Assembly: GCA_013265495.1 (NCBI GenBank)
Contig: MU058423.1
Coordinates: 75,061-139,060, forward strand
From: Vicugna vicugna
Lineage: Eukaryota
Length of the DNA stretch: 64,000 nt
Reading direction: 5' to 3'
Position 1 is the stretch's first letter. Every line of letters starts with the position of its first letter. The translations under genes and the position numbers were made by a program. The notes under the pieces are model-generated. The model saw only the letters and a list, made by a program, of their open reading frames with translations, did no database searches and was not told the origin of the DNA. Below, piece by piece: positions 13,701 to 25,613 of this stretch.

Positions 13701-14526
13701 TTGTCTCAAGGTATTTTTTAATTTCAGCTTTGATTTCCTCATTGATCCATTGTTTTTTCAATAACATATTGTTTAATCTCCATGCTTTTCTTTTTTTCTC
13801 CTTTGTTTCTCTGTTGTTGATTTCCAGTTTCATGGCATTGTGGTCAGTAAAGATGCTTGAGATAATTTCTATCTTCTTAAATTTGTTGAGGTTTCTTTTG
13901 TGTCCAAGTACATGATCGATCCTGGAAAATGTTCCATGTGCACTTGAAAAGAATGTATATTCTATTTTTTGGGGGTGTAAAGCTCTGAAAATATCCACCA
14001 AATCTAGTTTTTCTATTGTAGTATTTAATTTCTCTGTTGCCTTGTTTATTTTCTGTCTGGAAGATCTGTCTAGTGATGTTAATGCAGTGTTAAAATCTCC
14101 AACTATGATTGTATTCCCATCAATATCCCCCTTTATCTCTGTTAGTAATTCTTGTATGTACTTAGGTGCTCCTATATTGGGTGCATATATATTAACGAGT
14201 GTAATATCTTCATCTTGTATCACTCCTTTAATCATTATAAAATGTCCTTCTTTATCTTTCTTTATGGCCTTTGTTTTAAAGTCTATTTTGTCTGAAATCA
14301 GTACTGCAACACCTGCTTTTTTGGCTTTTCCATTTGCATGGAATATCCTTTTCCATCCTTTCACTCTCAATCTATATGTGTCCTTCTCCCTAAAGTGGGT
14401 CTCTTGTATGCAGCATATTGAAGGTTCTTGCTTTATTATCCAGTCTGCCACTCTATGTCTTTTGACTGGAGCATTTAGTCCATTAACATTTACAGTAATT
14501 AATGATAGATGTGTGTTTATTGCCAT
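10726..14526 (-). CDS. LINE-1 ORF2p (APE endonuclease, reverse transcriptase, CCHC), 1266 aa
   Basis: Endonuclease motifs NVNG, QET, NIYAP, GDFN, RIDH, DHN. RT motifs [10 protein letters not shown] and YADD. C-terminal CX3CX7HX4C. No stops. Confidence 0.97.
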   Translation of the reverse strand: MAINTHLSLITVNVNGLNAPVKRHRVADWIIKQEPSICCIQETHFREKDTYRLRVKGWKRIFHANGKAKKAGVAVLISDKIDFKTKAIKKDKEGHFIMIKGVIQDEDITLVNIYAPNIGAPKYIQELLTEIKGDIDGNTIIVGDFNTALTSLDRSSRQKINKATEKLNTTIEKLDLVDIFRALHPQKIEYTFFSSAHGTFSRIDHVLGHKRNLNKFKKIEIISSIFTDHNAMKLEINNRETKEKKRKAWRLNNMLLKKQWINEEIKAEIKKYLETNDNESTTTQNLWDTAKAVLRGKFIAIQAFLKKEEQSQINKLTHHLNQLEKEEQKAPKSSRRKEIIKIREELNTIEINKTIEKINQTKSWFFEKVNKIDKPLAKLTKKKKERAQISKIRKENGEITTNKIEIQNIIREYYEKLYGTKLDNLEEMDKFLETYCPPKLNQEETEHLNNPITRKEIEIAIKNLPTNKSPGPDGFTGEFYQTYKEELIPVLLKLFQTIEKEGILPNSFYEATITLIPKPGKDTTKKENYRPISLMNIDAKILTKILANRIQQHIKKIIHHDQVGFIPGTQGWFNIRKSINVIHHINKRKDKNHMIISIDAEKAFDKIQHPFMIKTLAKVGIEGTYLNIIKAIYDKPTASIVLNGEKLKSFPLKSGTRQGCPLSPLLFNIVLEVLATAIRQEKEIKGIQIGKEEVKVSLYADDMLLYIENPKRSTKKLLELIEEFSKVAGYKINVQKSVAFLYTNDKSTEKESKETIPFKIAPKVIKYLGINLTKEVKELYTENYKPLMKEIKEDFKKWKDIPCSWIGRINIVKMVTLPKAIYRFNAIPIQLPRTYFTELEQIIIKFIWNHQRPRIAKALLKRKKEAGGITLPDFRQYYRATVIKTAWYWYQNRHIDQWNRIESPEMNPQTFGQLIFDKGGKNIQWNKDSLFSKWCWENWTAACKTMKLEHTLTPYTKINSKWIKDLNIRQDTINLLEENIGKTLSDIHFKNFLLEEIKARINKWDLMKLTSFCRAKETRNKTRRKPTEWEKIFASETDKGLISKIYKQLIRLNKKKINNPIQKWAEDLNKQFSKEDIQMIKKHMKKCSISLIIREMQIKTTMRYHLTPVRMAVIQKSKNDKCWRGCGERGTLLHCWWECSLVQPLWKTVWRFLKRLGIDLPYDPGIPLLGLYPEGNLLQDDTCTPMFIAALFTIAKTWKQPKCPSTGDWIKKMWYIYTMEYYSAIKTDNIMPFAATWMLLENVILSEVSQKEKEKYHMRSLICGGI

Positions 14527-14923
14527 TTTGAACTTATCTTTGCAGTTGAATTGGTATATCCTCTTTGTTCCTTTCTTCTTCCTTTTGTGGTTTGGTAATT
14601 TTCCTTTGTATTATCATGGATTTTATTTAATTTTTGTGACTCCCTTGTAAATTTTTGACTTGTGGTTACCCTTTTTTGTAAATCTATTAACCTATACCCG
14701 TTTTTAATAAACTGATAATAACATGATCTCAAACCCATCCTACTGTTAAAAAAATTTAAAAAAGAAAGAAAAAAAATTCTATATTTCCCTGCCTCCCTCT
14801 CCCACTCTCAGTGATTTGTATGTCTTCTTTTATAATTTCGTGTTTTCTTTATTTGTAATTCATGAGTTATCACCTTTCCAGTTGTACGTTTCTCATTTCT
14901 GTAGCATCCTGCTGCTTTTCTAT

Positions 14924-15826
14924 TTAGAATAGCCCTTTCAATATTTCTTTTAGCATGGGTTTAGTGTTGCTAAACTCCTGCAGCTTTTTTTTGTCTGTGA
15001 AACTCTTTATTTCTCCTTCTATCCTAAAGGATAGCCTTGCTGGATAAAGTATCCTAGGCTGCATCTTTTTTTCATTCAGGGCTTTGAATATATCTTGCCA
15101 CTCCCTTCTGGCCTGTAGTGTTTGTGTAGAGAAATCAGCTGAGAGCCTTATGGGGGTTCCCTTGTAATTCACTCTTTGCTTTTCTCTTGCTGCCTTTAGA
15201 ATCATTTCTTTATCCTTGACTCTGGCCATCTTGATTATGATATGTCTTGGTGTGGGTCTATTTGGATTCTTCCTGTTTGGGACCCTCTGAGCTTCCTGTA
15301 CTTGGATATCTGATTCCTTCTTTAAGTTTGGGAAGTTTTCAGTCATGATTTCTTCAAAAACCTTTTCAATCCCCTTTGATCCTTCTTCCCCTTCTGGGAC
15401 CCCTATTATGCGAAGATTGGGACGCTTTATATTATCCCATAGGTCCCTTATGCTATTATCATTATTTTTTATTTGCTTATCTTGTAGTTCTTCTGAATGG
15501 GTGCTTTCTGTTGCCCTGTCTTCTAGATCACTAATTCGTTCCTCTGCATTAACTAGTCGGCTTTGCACAGCTATTAGATCATTCCTCATCTCTGTCAATG
15601 AGTTTACCCATTCTGCTTGTCTCTTCTTTATAGCTTCAATTTCACTTTTGACATATTTTATATCTCTAAGCACTATCTCTTTTAATTCCTTCAGCAATTT
15701 GATCACTCCTTTTTTGAAATCTTGATCTAGTAGGCTACCGATGTCTATTTCATTGATCTTTCTTTCAGGGGATTCCTCTTGTTCTTTTAATTGGGAAAGG
15801 TTTCTCTGCTTCTTCATCTTGCTCAT
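14924..15826 (-). CDS. LINE-1 ORF1p (RNA-binding chaperone), 300 aa
   Basis: Coiled coil, RRM (NLRIIGVPEGEE), REKQ, ARR and YPARLS motifs intact. Confidence 0.96.
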   Translation of the reverse strand: MSKMKKQRNLSQLKEQEESPERKINEIDIGSLLDQDFKKGVIKLLKELKEIVLRDIKYVKSEIEAIKKRQAEWVNSLTEMRNDLIAVQSRLVNAEERISDLEDRATESTHSEELQDKQIKNNDNSIRDLWDNIKRPNLRIIGVPEGEEGSKGIEKVFEEIMTENFPNLKKESDIQVQEAQRVPNRKNPNRPTPRHIIIKMARVKDKEMILKAAREKQRVNYKGTPIRLSADFSTQTLQARREWQDIFKALNEKKMQPRILYPARLSFRIEGEIKSFTDKKKLQEFSNTKPMLKEILKGLF

Positions 15827-17542
15827 ACCTCTCTGGCACTGTGGTTTATGGAGTATCAGTTGTCTATTTTGGATCTTAAGGATTTTATNNNNNNNNNNNN
15901 NNNNNNNNNNNNNNNNNNNNNNNNNNNNNNNNNNNNNNNNNNNNNNNNNNNNNNNNNNNNNNNNNNNNNNNNNNNNNNNNNNNNNNNNNNNNNNNNNNNN
16001 NNNNNNNNNNNNNNNNNNNNNNNNNNNNNNNNNNNNNNNNNNNNNNNNNNNNNNNNNNNNNNNNNNNNNNNNNNNNNNNNNNNNNNNNNNNNNNNNNNNN
16101 NNNNNNNNNNNNNNNNNNNNNNNNNNNNNNNNNNNNNNNNNNNNNNNNNNNNNNNNNNNNNNNNNNNNAAGAAGTAAAAATTAAGAGAGTAATTGAAAAT
16201 AAAACAGGTAAAAACAGATTTAAAAAAAAAAACAAAGAAAAAACCCAAAAAAACAAAAACAAAAAACAAAACAAAAAAAAGGGGGGGTTGTCGGTGTTCT
16301 CCTGGAGTCTGTGTGCTTTTAATGTGAAGTCCTTCTGTCTTCGTCCTGTTTTGGAAGCTCAGCTTGTTTTCATAGGCCCTCCGTTGGCGCCCTCTTCTGT
16401 GCTGCTCCCAGCACCTGTCGGCAAGCAGATCGCGCCTCCTCCTAACACAGGGTCAGATGCAGCTCTCCTCTGCTGCGGGCGGGCGGGTCACTGCCCCTCC
16501 GGATGCCGCAGTCAGATGTTGCAGACTGGCCAGGCAGAAGGGTGGGTCGTGCCCCCTCCCAGCACCTCGGTCAGGGGCTGTGTTCCTGCCAGACAGGCGG
16601 GGGGCCGCTCTCCCTCTGCCTGCCACCGATAGCTCCGCTGTTCTATGCGGCTGTGCTCTCCGCCCTGGTCGCGCTCCGCAGGTGGGCTCGGGGAAGACCG
16701 AGGGGCAGCCTCGTCCCTGCTCTGAGCCAAGACCCAGCTCCCTGTTTGTCTTTGTGGAGCAAGTTCTCTGAGGGACCAGGATGGAAGGATCCTATCTGCC
16801 CCGGGCTGTAGGCCCCTCTCAGTCTGGCCCTTGAGGCAGGCTGGGTGTCGGGGGGACGCTCTGTGCCCGTTTAACTTAGTTCTGTCAGACAAGGGCTGCT
16901 CTGTACAGATCTGAGCCTCAGAGGCTCCCCCTGCGTCCCGCTGGCCTCTCAGTTGGAGAGGGGAGACCCAGCAAGCGAGCGCCAGTCCTCCTTTGCCACT
17001 CCCTCCCCGCGGAACCCGTCCCGCGCTGCTTTGCCTTTTGTTCTTTCCTTTTTCCTTTTCTCCTACCAGATTTTTGGCGTCTTTATCTTTCAAAGAGGGC
17101 GATGTTCTGTCAGAGTTCCGCAGGTGCTCTGGTTGGCTGAGTGGGTCTGTAGATGTGGGTCTTGGTGTATTTGTGGGAGAGGGTGACTTACGAGCGTCCT
17201 TCTACTCCGCCATCTTGCCTCTTCTCCTAAAATTGATATTGAAATCAGAAAAGGTCAATATGAGAAGAGAAAATTATATTTCCAAATGCCTTATGGACAC
17301 ATTTCAAAAAAGTCCAAAAAATACTAATTAATTTAGATATGTTTTTAAAGGTGTATGTTGTGACCAAGTTGGGCATATTCTAGGAATGCAAGGGTGGTTT
17401 AACAGGTTAAAAAAAAAACCTATAAATGTTATTCACTACTTGCTCAGATGAAAGGAAAAATGCTACCCTAAATCTGATAGTGTATCTGCCAAATTCTGGA
17501 GTACTTTTCTTGATGATGAAACACTATATGCATTATTTTACC

Positions 17543-17854
17543 TATTAAGTAAAATAAGGGTTACTTGAATACAAGTACTGTGATTCCATGATGATCTGAT
17601 AACTGAGGTGGCAACTAAGTAACTAATGAGCTGTAGCATATATAACATAGATATGCCAGCACAAGAATGATTCACATCCCAGGCAGGAAGGAGCTGGATG
17701 GCATGAGATTCATCATGCTACTCGGAATAGCATGCAGTTTAAAACTTATGAATTGTTTACTTCTAGAAGTTTCCATTTAATATTTTCAGACTGCAGCTGA
17801 CCATGGGTAACTGAAACTGCAGAAAGCAAAACTGGAAATAAAGGGGGACTACTG
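17543..17854 (-). mobile_element. MER44/Tigger7-type DNA transposon fragment
   Basis: Terminal ...AAGGGGGACTACTG followed by TA. Internal sequence matches the recalled MER44 consensus (AAGTAAAATAAGGGTTACTTGAA...). Confidence 0.75.
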
Positions 17855-17856
17855 TA

Positions 17857-20800
17857 TACAGAAATCAATTGTAGTGGTACTTCTAGAATGGATAAGGTCC
17901 TGTGAAATTGTGTTCTTTCATAAAAGCAGTAAGAACATTGGCAAGAATTATTAAAATCAATTTTTAAAAAACTCAAAAATTAACCAAAGGCTTGAAGTAA
18001 TCCAAAAAGAATGCATTCAAGAAACAGCTGAATCTCAGAATAGCAAGGTTTGTGGTGTTTTAACATGACCTATTCCTATACTCATCTGCCCACCTCTGGT
18101 AGAATGGAAAACAGCAGCAAAAAAACCTCACAATCACAGGAGCTGTGAAAATCAGCAGTGTAGTAACCGCTTGAGGCAGAATGGGTTTGAAACCCTAAAA
18201 AAAAGCCCATACTTAGAGAATTATTATTATTCAACATATCTGACAGTTCCTGGAAACCCCCACTTACAGGGATTGTCTTTATTTGACCTGATTCAGAGCT
18301 TCCTCAGTGCAAACAGCCTTTTTCCCAGAGCATTTATTGAAAACAACCAGGGGCAATTATTTAACATCTCAGCTGCCTGAGTTGGAAAAACAATTGGAGC
18401 AAACAAAAAGCTGACCATACACTTTAAAGGAAAAGCTGGGGAATGAGATGCCCACTGGGAACTTTTAAAGCTCTGACATATTCCCAGAATGCTAGAAGGT
18501 CATGCACATGTGCAGACTGCCCATGCTCAGGGAAGACCTGAGAAGGCCTGAATCTCCTGTCTTGACTGACATTGAAGCTCCATACCAGCAGGAAGTGAAG
18601 GCTAAAGCAGAAGTGTAAGCTGCCTGCTGGAGAATTGAAAGCATGCCCCAACATACACAAATACCCTGTGGTGAAGCCTGGTATATATACTGATTCAAGG
18701 CATTTTAAGGAAGTTTTTGTCCAATCATTGGCTGATCACTAACCAAGCAGAGGTTTCAATGGCCACATATGAGAAAAAATACAGACTTCACAGAATTTAT
18801 TTAGGAAAGTCATTAAGCAAACAAAAGGCAATAGCAGTATCATCAACATGAACAACAAACAGCAATAACAACTAACCCTGAAGAGGGAGGGAATCTGATT
18901 TCCATGGTTGCCACATTGTGTTATTTTAAATGTCCAGTTTTCAACAACAAAATATGAGACACACAAAGAAACAGGAAAGTATGGTCTACCCACAGGGAGA
19001 AAAGTCATTCAGTAGAAACTATCCCCAACAAAGCCTCAACATTGAACGTACTAGACAACGGGTTTAAATTAGCTATTATAAATTTTTTTCAAAAAATTAA
19101 AACCATGTCTAAAGGACTAAAAGAAGTTGTGAGAACAATGTCTTACCAAATAGAGAATATTTATAAAGAGATAGTTATTATATTTTTTAAAAAAAAGAGC
19201 CAAATAGAAATTCTGGAGCTGAAAAGTACAGTAACTGAAAAATTTGTAAGAGGGTCTGAAAAGCAGACTTGAGCTGGCAAAAGAAAGAGTCAGTGAACTT
19301 GAATATAGATCAGTTGAGATTACCAAATCTAAGAGGAAAAAAAGAAAAATGAATGAAAAGTGAACAGATCCTTGAGACAAAGACAAAGAATATTGAAAAC
19401 AAAAGAAAAGTAACTCATCACAAACCAAGTATCCTCAATAAGATTAACAGCTAATTTTTCTTTAGAAACCATGGAAGCCAGAAGGCAATAGGACAAAATA
19501 TTCAAAGTGCTGAAAGAAAAAGATTATCAACCAAGAAATCTGTATCCAGCAAAACTATCCTTCAAAATGAAGCAGAGATTAAGACATTCCCAGATAAACA
19601 AAAACTGAGAGAATTTGTTGCCAGCAAGCCTGACCTGTAAGAAATACCAAAGTGTGTCCTTCAGGCTGAATCTGAACAAACACTATCCATAACTTGAATC
19701 CACACAGAGAAATCAAGAACACTAGTACAGGTAATTAAATAGGTAAATGTAAAAGACAGTATAAATGTTTTTTTTTCCTTTGTAACTCTTTTTCCCCTTC
19801 TACGTGATTTAAAAAACAACTACATAAAGCAATAATTATAAAATTATATATGGACTTACAGTGTATAAAAATGTAATTTGTAAAACAATAGTAGTGTGAA
19901 AAAGGAACAAAGTTTTTATACACTATTGCAATTAATTTGTACTAATCCATACTAGATTGCTTTAAATTAAGATGTTAACTGTAATCCACAGGACATCTAC
20001 TAAGAAAATAACAACAACAAAAAAGTAAAAGAAACAACTTGGTAATTAAAGGGGCACACTAAAAATATCTATTTAACACAAAAGAAGGCAGTGATGGAGG
20101 TATAGAAAAAAAAACAAAGAGAACAAATAGCAAAATGGGCAGACTTAAGTCCTCCTTTATCAGTAATTAAATTGAATACTTAAAAAGTAAATAGATTAAA
20201 CACTCCAATCAAAAAAGCAGTGATTGGCAGACTGGATTTTTAAACATGACCCAACTCTATGCTGGCTACAAGAGGCACATTATAGATTCAAAGACACAAA
20301 CTAGTTTAGAGTGTACAGATGAATAAAGATATGCCATGCAAACTAACTAAAAGTCACCTAGGTAAAAGAGACTTTAAGACAAAATTGTTATTAGACACAA
20401 AGAAGGACATTGTATAATGATTAAAGTTCGATCCATTATGAAGACATAACAATTATAAATATATATACACCTAACAACAGAGCCCCAAAATACATGAAGC
20501 AAAAACTGATGAAATTAAAAGGAGTAAACAGATAATTCAGTAATAGTAGTTGAAGATTTCAACAGAACTTCAGTAGAACAAGTAGGCAGAAAATCAACTA
20601 GGAAATTGAAGACTTGAACAACCAAGTACATATCAAGTACAAACCAAGTAAACTTAATCCACAGAACACTTTACCCAACAATGGCAGAATACACATCTTC
20701 TCAAGTATACATGGAACATTTTCCAGGACTAGGCCATAAAACAAGTCTCAGTAAATTTAAAAGGACTGGGTATGTTCTCTGATCACAATGCAATAAAATC

Positions 20801-23215
20801 AGAAATCAACAAAAAATTTCAGAAGTGAGCAAATATGTGGAAATGAACAACACATTCCTATATAACCAATGGTTCAAAGAATAAATCATAAAGGAAATTA
20901 GAAAACACATTGATATGAATGAAAACAAAATGACAAAGTACCAAAATTTGTGGAATATAGCTAGAACAGTGCTTAGAGGGAAATCTATGGCTAAATACAT
21001 CTATATTTAAAAAGAACAAAGATCTCAAATCCATAACTGAAACTTTTACCATTAGGAATTAGGGGGGAAAAAGGCAAATTAAATGCAAAGCAAATAGAAG
21101 GAAGGAAATAATAAAGATTAGAACAGAAATAAATGAACTAGAAAATATAAAAACAATAGAGAAAAACCAATAAAATCAAAAGTTTCTTTGAAAAGGTCAA
21201 TAAAACTGACAAAATTTTAGCGAGACCAACCAAGAAGAGAGAGAGAGAAGGCTCAATTACCAAAATCAGAAATGAAAGAGAATACATTATGTATAGTGAA
21301 GAATTCACCTCACCAATAGAGAGGTCTGGCCTTTGCCCTTGGCTACTGGAATATGATCTCTAGGTCTCTGAAAAGTTCCACCTGAGAGGAGTGTCTTTGT
21401 TTGCCTGGGCCCATTAGCCATATCTTCTTACGTCCAATCTCTAAAAGAGCTGGAGACTAAAGATTTTAGGCCACCCTCTGGTAGGGGCTGGAGACTAAAA
21501 GTCAGCCATGTGGGCAGTATGTGATCAAGCCCCACTAAAAACTCTAGACACTGAAGGCTGAGGTGAGCTTCCCTGGTTGGTGATGCTCTCTATTGTCACA
21601 CATTGTGACTGGGAGAAGGTAATGTTTCCCACGACTTTGTGGGGAGAGGATGATCAGAAGCTCCACATTTGGACCTCTTCCAAACTGCCCTGTGCATCTC
21701 TTCCTGTAGCTAATTTTAACCTGTGTCCTTTCCATGTAATAAGTCATGAGCATAATAGCGTCAGTGAATTCTGTGAGTCCTTCTGTTGAATTACCCAACC
21801 TGTTTTGGAAACCCACCCCACTACCTCTAACCACCCCCTCAAAACTTGCAGTTGTTGTTAGAAGTGAGGCTAGTCTTTGGGGGCTGTTCCCTCTAATATT
21901 ATTGTTGGTTAAACTCTTCGGATATCACTACTGACCCTACAGAAATTTTTTAAAAGATTATAAAGAAATACTATAAACAATTGCACACCAACAAATTAGA
22001 TAACCTAAATGAAATGAATGAATTTCTAGAAAAACAGAAACTATCAAATGACTCAAGTAGATAGAGATGATCCAAATATACTTACAGCAAGTGAAGAGAT
22101 TGCCGTATCATCAAAGACTGCTCACAAAGAAAACCCAAAGCCCAGACAACGTCATCGGTGAATTCTTTGAAACATTTAAGGAACTAACACCACTCTTTTA
22201 CAAGCTCTTCCAAAAAACAAAAGAGGAGGGAACATTTCCCAACTTGTTCTCTGAAGCCAGAATTATCCGGATGCCAAAACCAGATGAAGACATCACAAGA
22301 GACGAAAACTGCAAACCATTATCCCTTATAAATGTGGATGCAAAAATCCTCAACAAGGTATGAGCAAACAGAATTCAACAACATATAAAATGTGTTATAT
22401 ATCATAACAGACTGGTACTTATCTCAGGAGTGCAGGAATTCATAAGTGGTTCAACATACAAAAATCAGTCAAACTATACCATATGAATGGAATAAAGGCC
22501 CAAAACCACAAGATCATCTTAATGGACAATTAACAAAGCATTTGCTAAAATCCAACAGCTTTTGTAATTAAAAAAAAAAATACTCAACAACTAGGAACGG
22601 GAAGGGAAACTTCCCAAACCTAATAAAGGGCATCTACACAGAACCACCGCTAACATCATAATTAACGGTAAAATACTGAAACCTTCCCCTCTAAGATCAG
22701 ATAAAAGACAAAGATGTCCACTTTCACCACATTCATTTAACAATGTACTGGAGGTTTTATCCAGCAAAATTAGGCAATGAAAAGAAATAAAAGCAGCCAG
22801 ATGATAAAGGAAGATGTAAAACTATCCCTGATGACATGGTCTTATAAATAGAAAATCCTAAAGAATCCACACACATAACATGCGTGAGTCTATTAGAACT
22901 AAAAAATGAGTTCAGAAAGTTTGCAGGTTGCAAAACTAACATACAAATATCAATTGTATTTCTATACACTAGCAATGAAAGATCCAAAAGTAAAATTAAG
23001 AAAACAGTTCAATTTACAATACCATGAAAAATAATGTCAGGACTAAATGTAACTGCTAACGGGTATAGGATTTCTTTCAGGGATGATGAAAATGTTCTGA
23101 AATTAGTGATGATAGCAGTACAGTTTTGTGAATATACTAAAAACCACTGAAATGTAAACTTTAAAAGTGAATTTTATGATATGTGAATTATATCTCAATA
23201 AAGCTATTATTTAAA
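17857..23215 (+). mobile_element. Old decayed LINE-1 (L1M): 5' region, ORF1 remnant, ORF2 remnant and 3' end
   Basis: ORF1-like ~18960-19700. ORF2-like from ~20135 (e.g. 22067..22363 EEGTFPNLFSEA..PLSLINVDAKILNK). Many stops and frameshifts. Interrupted by an LTR. Confidence 0.85.
21290..21925 (+). mobile_element. Solo LTR, MER21/MER77-like, inserted in L1 ORF2
   Basis: Starts TGTATAGTGAAG...GAGAGGTCTGGCCTTTGCCC. Degenerate 5-bp TSD catta/cacta. Related to 995-1770. Confidence 0.7.
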
Positions 23216-24211
23216 CAAATTAATTGTCTTTATACACCAGCAACTAACAGAAAATGATTTTTTAAAATTACCATCTATAAGAGTAATAAAAACTAACTTG
23301 GCATAAATCTAACAAATGTTGTGCAAACCCTGGGAACGTTTAATTTTATAAAGCTTTTAGAAACTTTACTTCTATAGTTTTATATAAAAAAAAGTCTTTG
23401 AGCTTCTTAAGCAGAACTTTTCTTGAAAGTTGTTTTTTAAAATCACTACAAGATCACTTTTCTAAACTATATTGAAGTATTTAGTTAGAAGGTGAGCTAT
23501 TTAAAAGTGACTTCTATGGGTAGGAAGGTAGGGTTTGTATTAAAGATTAAGCAATATAATAATAAAATGATATTGTCATGGTTGACCTGTACAATATTAA
23601 CACTGTGCTATATATACCACTCCAGGTAGTGTTAGGGTGGCCAGAAATGAGTATGATGACATATTTTTGAAGGGTTAATTTTGACATAAAATAGAAGCTG
23701 GTTTAAGTAAATCAAAGGAGAACTGAATTTCTCTGAAGTAGACTGGTAGACCTGTTCTCAACCTCTCCCACCTGCTAGTAATTCATAATCACGTCCTTTA
23801 TCTTACTATGTTTTCACTAATGCTGGGGCTTAAGAAGAAAAGGAGGAATCTTTGGTTTGAACTACTAGCTTCTAATATTAGGATTCATTTTGCAGATTTA
23901 AACTGTATTGGTCAGCCATCATTCGGGAATCTTTCTAGTCACATAACAGGAAAAAAAATAAATCTAAGCAGCTGGATGAAAAGCAAACTTTACTGAGCTA
24001 ACTTTCCAGCCCATTAAATGAGAAAATAATGTTTGAAATGGTCTTTTACTTTGAAAATTGCTATATGCATTTACTTATTCATTCATTACATAAGTGTAAG
24101 GGATTTCCTGAAAGTGCTTTGTTACTGACCTACTTGTTCTGCACTACTTTAATTTTATCCCCTTTAGATATCTGGAATCTAACTGCGTTTTAGAATTCAC
24201 CTTTACTTACA

Positions 24212-24428
24212 ATGCCACCATCAGGCAGCGGTCCAGTTGGATACACCCCCCCAGATGGAGGCTGGGGGTGGGCAGTGGTTGTTGGAGCTTTCATTTCCAT
24301 CGGCTTCTCTTGTGCATTTGGCAAATCTATTTCTGTATTTTACAAAGAAATTGAAGAAATATTTAAAGCCAGCACCAGCGAAGTGTCATGGTTGTCTTCC
24401 ATCGTGTTTGCTGTCATGTATGCTGGAG
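24212..24428 (+). CDS. SLC16A1: Monocarboxylate transporter 1-like (divergent SLC16A1 copy), coding part of exon 2 (exon starts 24168)
   Basis: [23 protein letters not shown]... SLC16 signature. Acceptor ctttag|24168, donor G|GTAAGT at 24429. 217 coding nt. Confidence 0.93.
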
Positions 24429-25469
24429 GTAAGTACCCGTGAAGAGCTGCTCTTTTAACTGTCAGTAGGTAGATAAAAGCTCCATATTAGGTACTTTTTG
24501 TTCTATGTCTTTATCAGTGAGATATTTAAAATGTGAGTTCTTGGAGTTATGTGATTAGAGTCATATTTTTCATTCCCTTTAACAATAAAAGCTACATAGC
24601 AACTGTGTGCTCTGTTAGGTCAGTTATAATATAGAACAGGTGTCATTATAAAGGATACCTTTCTTTAAAAATGTATTTTGTGTTGGCTGCTGGTGTATAA
24701 AAAGGTAGTTGATATTTGTATTTTAATCATATCTCCTGTAAACTTGCTAAACTCTTGTTATTCCCGATAGTTTTTGGTAGATTTATTTCAAAATTTTTAG
24801 TAGACAAACTAATCTTCTGCAAATACTGATAGTTTGGTTTCTTCCTTTCCTTACACCTTTTCCCCCCTGTCTTACTGCGCTGGCTCGGACCTCCAGTATA
24901 ATGTTGAAGAAAAGTGGTGATGGTAGGCATTCTTGTTTTGTAGTTCTGTTTTGATTTTGTTATGGTTTTCTGTGAGAAACAATACATTGTAGCTAGTTTT
25001 TAAGTATGCACTGAAGTCAGAAGTTTGATCAGACCTGCTCATACATACATTTTGTCATTCGTGTGTGTTTGCTCTAGATGACTGTTTAAAAAATTTTACA
25101 CAGAGCAAACATCCTCCATTTCTGTGGATAATATCCTAGATACATGAAGAATCATATAAACACTTATAATTAGGGTATTTTCAGCCTCTTTTGCTTCCAA
25201 AGAGTTGGATTATGGTCTTTCATACTTCAGTTAAAATCCATCTTGTATGTTCTAGGTATGTAGAAGATACAAGCATTACTATATTTTTTCCATTACACAA
25301 ACCTGTGACTCTGAAGTGAAGATAGAAAGCAGTATTCCTTACCACTGCCTTCTGTTTTATCTGTTTATTTTGCGGGGTGGCATCCTGTCATGTCAGTAAT
25401 GCCATGTGCAGGTGTGGATGTGGGGGCCAGGCTCCTCCTTTATGTTCTAAGCTGTTTGTTCTCTCCTAG

Positions 25470-25613
25470 GTCCTATCAGCAGTATCCTGGTGAATAAATA
25501 CGGCAGTCGTCCAGTCATAATTATTGGCGGCTGCTTGTCAGGCTGTGGCTTGATTGCGGCTTCTTTCTGTAACACCATGAAGGAACTTTACTGGTGTGTC
25601 GGAGTCATTGTAG
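25470..25613 (+). CDS. SLC16A1: Monocarboxylate transporter 1-like, exon 3
   Basis: ctcctag|GTCCTATC...GTAG|gtgagt, 144 nt. Encodes [48 protein letters not shown]. Confidence 0.93.

Larger units (their letters stand above)
10405..17227 (-). mobile_element. Full-length LINE-1 with intact ORF1 and ORF2, antisense in intron 1
   Basis: 5' end GGAGAAGAGGCAAGATGGCGG with YY1 site (17207-17216), CpG-rich 5'UTR (gap 15889-16168), ORF1, 397-bp spacer, ORF2, 3'UTR, AATAAA (10424-10429, minus) and A tail. Confidence 0.96.

Noticed and set aside
11231..15725. Hydrophobic + strand ORFs (186, 118, 202 and 126 aa)
   Set aside because: Antisense shadows of L1 ORF1 and ORF2.
16512..17093. 193-aa ORF in the L1 5'UTR
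   Set aside because: Starts at TTG rather than ATG, lies in GC-rich sequence and has no recognisable domain.
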